Shown: positions 18,900-24,293 of the stretch, piece after piece | How the letters are laid out: each line of letters opens with the position of its first letter | How positions within the stretch are numbered: the first letter of the stretch is position 1 | NCBI GenBank assembly: GCA_050486505.1 | Contig: JBJHDK010000038.1 | Coordinates: 1-24,293, forward strand | DNA: 24,293 bases | Direction of reading: 5' to 3' | Source of the DNA: Fibrobacteria bacterium | GTDB lineage: Bacteria > Fibrobacterota > Fibrobacteria > UBA11236 | Position numbers and translations under genes: made by a program | The notes under the pieces: model-generated | Seen by the model: the letters and a program-made list of their open reading frames with translations, nothing else | The model's database searches: none | What the model was told of the DNA's origin: nothing

Positions 18900-19002
18900 A
18901 ATGCGAAATGAGAAATGGTGGAGGCTGCTCTCTGAAATGGGAGGTGTATCCTGCGGATCTCCTGCGTGTTTTTCGCATCTCTCTTTTCTCTTTTCGCATT
19001 TC
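18898..19002. repeat. 105-bp element bounded by 20-bp imperfect inverted repeats built from heptamers (GAAATGH / reverse complement)
   Basis: gaaatgcgaaatgagaaatg (18898-18917) vs cttttctcttttcgcatttc (18983-19002): 18/20 complementary. Confidence 0.8.
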
Positions 19003-19011
19003 CTCCTCCCC

Positions 19012-19863
19012 ATGACCCGCACGTTTGTCATGCTCTCGAAGAAGGGCGGGGTGGGGAAGACCACCTTCACGCTCAACTGCGCGCACGCCCTGGCCTTCTC
19101 GGGGTTCCGCGTGCTGCTTGTGGACCTGGATGCCCAGTCGAACCTGACCAAGCATCTTCTGCGCGGTGAACGCGGTGCCGCCCTGCGAGCGACCCCTGAC
19201 CTTGCCGACATCGCCAGGGTGTTGACCCAGCGCCGCTCCATCGAGGAGGCCTGCGTCAACACGGGCTACGCGGGACTCGATCTGGTTCCGGGCAGCCAGG
19301 AACTCGAGGACCTGCCCCTGCTCAACCCCCGGTTGGCACGGGAACCCTCGCGACTGCGTGCGCTGCTCTCGCCGCTCTACCCCCGTTATGACTACGTGTT
19401 GGTCGATTGCGCGCCCGTGATGAACTGGCTCACGCGCATGGCCCTCATGGCCGTCTCCCAAGTGATCGTTCCCACCCAGCCCGAGGCCTACGCCTTGCAG
19501 GGCCTCGAAGATCTCGTGCCCAGGCTCGACAAGATGAGCGCCACGGCCCAGCTGTACCGCATCGTCATCAACATGTACCGCGGAAACACCCAGTTGCACC
19601 AGACCATGGCCGCAGAGATCGAGGCTGCATGGCCCGGGCGCGTTGCCCGCCAGCGGGTGCGTCTGACCATCGACATTGCCGATGCCGCGCGGGCCGGGAA
19701 AAGCATTTTTGAGCACGCTCCCGCCTCCCTGGCCGCCCTCGACATGTATGCCCTGTGTTTCGAATTGTTCGGCCTCTCCGCTGAAATCGTGCGGGAACGA
19801 ACCCGGGAACGGGGCGATTCCAGGCCGGGAACTCCGTCTCCGGCCCCGAACACGGCAGGGTAG
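19012..19863 (+). CDS. ParA/Soj-family ATPase (no adjacent parB)
   Basis: Start at ATG 19012; deviant Walker A SKKGGVGKTT, VLLVDLDAQSNLT, LDLVPGS, YDYVLVDCAP, ALMAVSQVIVPTQPE, GKSIFEHAPAS. Confidence 0.9.
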   Translation: MTRTFVMLSKKGGVGKTTFTLNCAHALAFSGFRVLLVDLDAQSNLTKHLLRGERGAALRATPDLADIARVLTQRRSIEEACVNTGYAGLDLVPGSQELEDLPLLNPRLAREPSRLRALLSPLYPRYDYVLVDCAPVMNWLTRMALMAVSQVIVPTQPEAYALQGLEDLVPRLDKMSATAQLYRIVINMYRGNTQLHQTMAAEIEAAWPGRVARQRVRLTIDIADAARAGKSIFEHAPASLAALDMYALCFELFGLSAEIVRERTRERGDSRPGTPSPAPNTAG

Positions 19864-19864
19864 G

Positions 19865-19889
19865 CGGGGGGATCCCCCGTAATCCCTTG
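19865..19889. promoter_or_regulatory. Second copy of the CGGGGG-N3-CCCCCG-N2-ATCCCTTG motif, upstream of rpsF
   Basis: cggggggatcccccgtaatcccttg, followed by the inverted repeat cccttg-tttt-caaggg. Confidence 0.5.
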
Positions 19890-19961
19890 TTTTCAAGGGG
19901 TTTGTGGCCTTGGAGCGCCCCTCCGGAATAAATACCTTTGCCCGCCTCCCCTTGATGGGGA

Positions 19962-20026
19962 TTCCTGCCTTTCCCGCGAGGAAAGGCCGATCCTCCGGGA
20001 ATCCACCCGGCGGAAGTCCGAAGGAA
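19962..20026 (+). ncRNA. Probable S6:S18 ribosomal protein leader (autogenous cis-regulator of rpsF)
   Basis: ttcct (19962-66) pairs with the SD aggaa (20022-26); unpaired CCG immediately 5' of the SD arm (20018-20); internal hairpins gcctttcc/ggaaaggc and ccggg/cccgg; located directly upstream of rpsF-rpsR. Confidence 0.65.
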
Positions 20027-20032
20027 AATGCA

Positions 20033-20416
20033 GTGAAGCAATACGAAACCATTCTCGTCGTGGATGCCATGATTCCCGACGAGTCCATCGCCTCGGAATT
20101 CGATGCGGTGGCCAAGCTGATTGAATCGCAGGGCAAGATCGTCCGCGTCGACCGTTGGGGCAAGCGCCGTTTGGCCTACCCCGTGCGCAAGCGCACCCAC
20201 GGCGAGTACGCGGCGTTCTACTACGAGGCCGAGTCGGCCCTTCCCGCGGAACTTGAGAAGCGCCTGCGCATCAACGAGAACGCCCTGCGCTGGCTGACCG
20301 TCGCGGAGAACCCCTGCGGAATTCCGCCGGCGCCTTCCGAGGCTGCCGACAACGCTGCCGAGGGCGGCGATGACAAGGGTGACGACGAGAAATCCAGGAA
20401 AGAGGGGGACGAATAA
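20033..20416 (+). CDS. rpsF: 30S ribosomal protein S6
   Basis: GTG 20033 after [17 protein letters not shown]...[12 protein letters not shown]...GEY...[16 protein letters not shown]; acidic C-terminal tail. Confidence 0.96.
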   Translation: MKQYETILVVDAMIPDESIASEFDAVAKLIESQGKIVRVDRWGKRRLAYPVRKRTHGEYAAFYYEAESALPAELEKRLRINENALRWLTVAENPCGIPPAPSEAADNAAEGGDDKGDDEKSRKEGDE

Positions 20417-20694
20417 TGGCCGGACGCGAAAGAAATTCCAGGGATACGAAGCGGGATTCCAAGCGCGAGGCACGCAGCCGCAAGCGCAAGACCTGCTACT
20501 TCACGGAAAACAAGATTGCGCACATCGACTACAAGGACGAGAAGCTGCTCCGCAAGTTCGTGAACGAGCGCGGCAAGATCGTTTCTCGCAAGGTTTCCGG
20601 GACGTCGGCACGTTACCAGCGCGAGCTGGCGCAGGCCATCAAGCGCGCCCGTCACTTGGCTCTCCTGCCCTTCGTGGCAGAGAACATGCGCTAA
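20416..20694 (+). CDS. rpsR: 30S ribosomal protein S18
   Basis: [55 protein letters not shown] overlap with rpsF. Confidence 0.98.
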   Translation: MAGRERNSRDTKRDSKREARSRKRKTCYFTENKIAHIDYKDEKLLRKFVNERGKIVSRKVSGTSARYQRELAQAIKRARHLALLPFVAENMR

Positions 20695-20709
20695 GGGGAG
20701 GGACGAATC

Positions 20710-21162
20710 ATGCAAGTCATTCTCAAGCAAGAAGTCCAGGGCCTCGGCAAGATGCTCGATGTGGTGAAGGTCAAGAACGGATACGCCCACAACTACCTGT
20801 TCCCCCGCGGCCTCGCCGTGCTGGCGACCTCCTCGTCGCGCAAGCAGATCGAAGAGCTGCGCGCCAAGGCGCAGGCCCAGCTGGCGAAGGAGAAGGAGCG
20901 CTTTCAGGTGCTGGCGGAGAAGATGCGCGAGGTTTCACTCACCATCGCCGCCAAGGTGCACGAGGGAGAGAAGCTCTATGGCTCCATCCAGGCCGCCGAC
21001 GTGTCCGCGAAGCTGCGCGAGGCGGGTTACGAAATCGACCGCAAGGCCGTGCTGCTCGATGAGCCGATCAAGGCCCTTGGCATGTACACCCTGAAGATCC
21101 AGCTGCACCGCGACGTCGAGACGAAGGTGAAGCTTTGGGTGATCTCGGACGAATCGAAATAA
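20710..21162 (+). CDS. rplI: 50S ribosomal protein L9
   Basis: MQVILKQEVQGLGK..DVVKVKNGYAHNYLFPRGLA, KLYGSI, PIKALGMY, LHRDV. Confidence 0.98.
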   Translation: MQVILKQEVQGLGKMLDVVKVKNGYAHNYLFPRGLAVLATSSSRKQIEELRAKAQAQLAKEKERFQVLAEKMREVSLTIAAKVHEGEKLYGSIQAADVSAKLREAGYEIDRKAVLLDEPIKALGMYTLKIQLHRDVETKVKLWVISDESK

Positions 21163-21183
21163 TTCGGGAATAACGGATTAGGG

Positions 21184-21218
21184 AGAGGGGCGTGCTGCGG
21201 CGCGCCCTTCTTTTTTTT
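21184..21218 (+). terminator. Intrinsic terminator of the rpsF-rpsR-rplI operon
   Basis: agaggggcgtgc-tgcg-gcgcgcccttct with a T8 tract. Confidence 0.9.
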
Positions 21219-21230
21219 GTCGCTGAAAAT

Positions 21231-21351
21231 CGAAGCTGTGCTGCGCCGGGCTGCGACCGTCGCCCCGCGGCGTTACCCCTCCTCGCGATACTACCAGTAT
21301 CGCGTCGTCGGGGATGCCTGGCGGGGCTTGGTCGGAGCTCCGGCGTCTTCG
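21231..21351. repeat. ~120-nt nested palindromic (MITE/REP-like) element
   Basis: Symmetric arms cgaag/cttcg, cgccgg/ccggcg, cgacc/ggtcg, gccccgc/gcggggc, ggcgt/atgcc, cccc/gggg, and a perfect core cgcgatact-acc-agtatcgcg. Confidence 0.75.
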
Positions 21352-21457
21352 TTTGTCTTTTTGGGTGGGATACCAAACTAGGGATCGCAACGATTTACGA
21401 CTGTTCTGCACCACTGTTCTTGCCGTGTGTCGGGGAGCGGGGGTTTCTTTTTTGTTC

Positions 21458-21492
21458 CACTAAGCCCTAAGTCCCAATACCTAATTCCTATC
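21458..21492. repeat. Degenerate heptamer array upstream of dapB
   Basis: cactaag ccctaag tcccaat acctaat tcctatc. Confidence 0.7.
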
Positions 21493-21502
21493 CTTTCCCC
21501 CC

Positions 21503-22315
21503 ATGTCATCACCCGTCGAAATCATCGTGCTGGGCGCCAAGGGGCGCATGGGCCAAATGGTTCTTGCCGCCTGCGCAAAGGCATTGCGAGAACATCCGGG
21601 ATCCCTGAAGGTGATCGCCGCCGTGGAGGCCCCCGGAACCCCGGGAACCGGAGGAACCCTTGCCGTGGACGGCATGGAGGTTCCCTTCACCGATTCCCTG
21701 CAGTCGGTCGTGCGCCCCGGCGCGGTGATCATCGACTTCACCACGATCGAGTCGTCGCTCGAGACGCTGAAGATTGCGGTCGCAGCGGGGGCGGCGCACG
21801 TTCTGTGCACCACCGGTTTCGACGCAGCGCAGAAGACGCGCATCTCGGCGGCGGCCACGAAGATCCCGGTGTTGTTTTCGCCCAACATGAGCATCGGCGT
21901 CAACGTGCTGTTCAAAGCCGCCGAGGCGGTGGCGAAGGCGTTGGGGTCCGATTTCGACATCGAGATTATCGAGGCACACCACAACCAGAAGAAGGATGCC
22001 CCCAGCGGCACGGCCCTGGGCTTTGCCGAGGCGGCGGCGCGGGGATTGGGGGTCTCCCTGGAGGAGCATGCCGTGTACGGGCGCGAGGGGCTCGGCGAAC
22101 CGCGCCCGCGCAACGAGATCGGGATCCATGCCGTGCGAGGCGGGGACATCGCCGGCGACCATACCGTGCTCTACGCCGGTGACGGGGAGCGCATCGAACT
22201 GAAGCATGTCGCCCACGGGAGGCAGGTGTTCGCCCAGGGAGCCCTGCGCGCGGCCCGCTTCCTTCATGGCAAGAAGCCCGGATTGTACACAATGGCCGAC
22301 GTGCTGGGCCTTTGA
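21503..22315 (+). CDS. dapB: 4-hydroxy-tetrahydrodipicolinate reductase
   Basis: IIVLGAKGRMGQ, IIDFT, CTTGF, SPNMSIGVN, EIIEAHHNQKKDAPSGTA, HAVRGGDIAGDHTV, FAQGALRAARFL. Confidence 0.98.
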   Translation: MSSPVEIIVLGAKGRMGQMVLAACAKALREHPGSLKVIAAVEAPGTPGTGGTLAVDGMEVPFTDSLQSVVRPGAVIIDFTTIESSLETLKIAVAAGAAHVLCTTGFDAAQKTRISAAATKIPVLFSPNMSIGVNVLFKAAEAVAKALGSDFDIEIIEAHHNQKKDAPSGTALGFAEAAARGLGVSLEEHAVYGREGLGEPRPRNEIGIHAVRGGDIAGDHTVLYAGDGERIELKHVAHGRQVFAQGALRAARFLHGKKPGLYTMADVLGL

Positions 22316-22371
22316 TCCGCAGGCCCGGGACGTCCCTTTTTGTAGATTGGCCCGGAACCCGGGAGCGATTC

Positions 22372-23508
22372 GTGCAGCCTTCTCGAAGTATTTTCACGGC
22401 CTTGGCCTTTGCCCCTTTCGCCGGCCTCGTGTTGTTCGCGGGGGCCGCAAAGGCGCTTCCGCTCGCGGAGCCCGACATGTCCATCGTGCTGGCACAGGCC
22501 TTCCCGGAAGCGGATGACGGGGAATCCCCGGATGAAGCCGCGCCCGGGGAGGGAACCCCCGCTGATCCCGTCATGGGCGACGATGCTTCTGCTTCGACTC
22601 CCGATGATACAGTGCGCGCACCGCGGCCCCGAGTCGTGCGGGAAACGACCATCAGCCCGCTTGACACCGAACGCGGCGAGTACCGCAATCCGAAGCGGGC
22701 GCTCTTTCTTTCACTCGTGGTTCCCGGACTGGGACAGGCTTACGTCGGCCAAAGCACGTTCAACTACGTGAGGGCCGGCGCCTACTTCGCGACCGAAGTG
22801 ACCCTTGGAGTGCTGTGGTATCAGTACACGGTGGTGAAATACGATCGCGAGGTCGCGCGTTTTCGCCGCCTCGCCGATGAGCATTGGGATCAGGGAACCT
22901 ACGAGAATGCCGTGGCGGGGCTTCCCGCCGACCAGCCGGTTCTGTTCGAGACGTTGAATCCTTATCGGGGAATTTATTGCGACGCAGTGCAGCCCGGACC
23001 TTCGACTTCAGGGCTGAACCGGGGGTGCCGCGAGCCCTACAGCAGCGATGCGGGCATCCAGCAGGATTATGCGACCTTTCGCGCGACGATGAACGATGAT
23101 ACGAGCGCCGTGGCACGGTCGACGCGTCGCGCGAATTTCCCCAGCCCGGTGGATTTCTACGAGCTCATCGGCCAACGCCAAGAGTTCATTTTCGGATGGA
23201 GCGACGCGCAGGGCGCGAACTACAACCTCTCCGACAGCACCGTCATGGGCACCAGCGCGCATCGCGACCGTTACAATGCGATGCGGCAACAGGCGAAGGA
23301 TTATTCCCGCATGCAGGCCTGGTTCATCGGCGGCATCATCCTCAACCACATCGCCTCGGCGGTGGATGCGGCTCTCACTGCGCGCTACTACAACCGGGTG
23401 TTGTACGAATCAGAGGCCCGCTGGTACGACCGGTTGCACCTGGATGGCGGTCTTGCCTTCGATCACGGGACGCCGCGAACCCACATGACGGCCTGGTTGT
23501 CGTTCTGA
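22372..23508 (+). CDS. Exported/membrane protein, DUF5683-like
   Basis: GTG 22372 preceded by GGGAG (alternative start TTG 22312); signal peptide ...AGAAKA; motif YRNPKRALFLSLVVPGLGQAY; hydrophobic ILNHIASAVDA; ends in a beta-strand with terminal Phe (AWLSF). Confidence 0.7.
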   Translation: MQPSRSIFTALAFAPFAGLVLFAGAAKALPLAEPDMSIVLAQAFPEADDGESPDEAAPGEGTPADPVMGDDASASTPDDTVRAPRPRVVRETTISPLDTERGEYRNPKRALFLSLVVPGLGQAYVGQSTFNYVRAGAYFATEVTLGVLWYQYTVVKYDREVARFRRLADEHWDQGTYENAVAGLPADQPVLFETLNPYRGIYCDAVQPGPSTSGLNRGCREPYSSDAGIQQDYATFRATMNDDTSAVARSTRRANFPSPVDFYELIGQRQEFIFGWSDAQGANYNLSDSTVMGTSAHRDRYNAMRQQAKDYSRMQAWFIGGIILNHIASAVDAALTARYYNRVLYESEARWYDRLHLDGGLAFDHGTPRTHMTAWLSF

Positions 23509-23515
23509 TCCGCGG

Positions 23516-24253
23516 ATGGCTTTCCGGATGAAAAAAGCGCATTCTTCGGTTCTCTGGTCGATGTGCGCCCTGGGCTTGTTCTTCGCATCCGAGAGCGCGG
23601 CCCAAGGTCCCGGGTCTTTCGGGCGCGAGATCACCATCGAGATCGACACGACGCGCGCGCGCAACGCCGACCGCTCGCTGGGACTGGCGCTGCTCGGTTC
23701 GGCATTGCTTCCCGGGGCAGGCGAGGCTTACCTGGGAGAATCGCGCACGGCGCGCAATTTTCTGCTCGCCGAGGCGGGGTTCTGGGCGGGAGTGTTCATT
23801 GCCTGGCATGTCCGAGACAGCCACATGCAGTCGGCGCGCAACTTCGCATCGGAGTACGCGGGGGCGGATGCTTCCCGTTGCGGCGCTTCATGCCTCGAAT
23901 TGATGGCATCGTACAGGTCTTATTACGAGAAGGAGCATCGGCAGGACAGCTACGAGCTCGCACAGGTGTTGGCCGGTCAACCGATGGCGAACCTGTCCCC
24001 ATGGGACTTCGGGAGTTCCAACACCCCGGAAAACACGCGCAACTGGAACGAATACCAGTCTATCATGCGGCATTACCGTGGCGCCAAGGTCGCGCTTTCA
24101 TTCGCGGCCGGAGCGCTTGTGCTCAATCGCGCCGCGTCGATGGCGAACACGCTGCGCACCTACCGGCGCACCAGCGGGCGCGGGTTGGGGTATCATTTCG
24201 ACCCCGAGTTCGGCCCCGATTACAGCGGGATCCGGTTGACGGTGACGTTTTGA
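23516..24253 (+). CDS. Exported/membrane protein, DUF5683-like, distantly related to the upstream gene
   Basis: Signal peptide (start 23516 or 23528); LLGSALLPGAGEAYLG; LVLNRAASMAN; terminal RLTVTF. Confidence 0.7.
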   Translation: MAFRMKKAHSSVLWSMCALGLFFASESAAQGPGSFGREITIEIDTTRARNADRSLGLALLGSALLPGAGEAYLGESRTARNFLLAEAGFWAGVFIAWHVRDSHMQSARNFASEYAGADASRCGASCLELMASYRSYYEKEHRQDSYELAQVLAGQPMANLSPWDFGSSNTPENTRNWNEYQSIMRHYRGAKVALSFAAGALVLNRAASMANTLRTYRRTSGRGLGYHFDPEFGPDYSGIRLTVTF

Positions 24254-24293
24254 AATGTCTCCGTAGGGGCGAGGCGGCGCCACCCCCCGACCA

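Noticed and set aside
20416..20694. S18 lacking a full zinc-ribbon and missing ssb/priB in the operon
   Set aside because: Both states are common in bacteria; used only as a weak taxonomic hint.
22328..22341. Terminator after dapB (gggacgtccc + T5)
   Set aside because: The stem is too short once a loop is allowed; dapB is probably co-transcribed with the downstream genes.

Overview
GC-rich bacterial chromosomal segment, mostly housekeeping genes. The lineage is probably FCB/Fibrobacterota-like; this is an inference from the rpsF-rpsR-rplI order without ssb/priB, the FlgD/T9SS-like C-terminal domains and the DUF5683-like genes beside dapB. Gene order: recB (truncated at the left edge and missing from the ORF track) and recC on the minus strand; two paralogous secreted DUF2341-LamG proteins; secA, tmk and an S41 protease; a minus-strand lipoprotein with a 7-repeat beta-propeller; murA, an orphan parA-family ATPase, rpsF-rpsR-rplI, dapB, and two related DUF5683-like membrane proteins. 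I found no tRNA/rRNA, CRISPR array, transposase, integrase or reverse transcriptase. The most unusual signals are non-coding: (i) strand-polarised degenerate heptamer arrays and long-range stems that could bring an upstream stop codon next to a downstream start codon, (ii) a shared 25-bp palindromic motif upstream of secA and rpsF, offset by one helical turn relative to the predicted -10 boxes, (iii) three genes with leaderless-type promoters, (iv) a ~120-nt nested palindromic element, and (v) a probable S6:S18 autoregulatory leader. All calls were made by eye; no searches were run.
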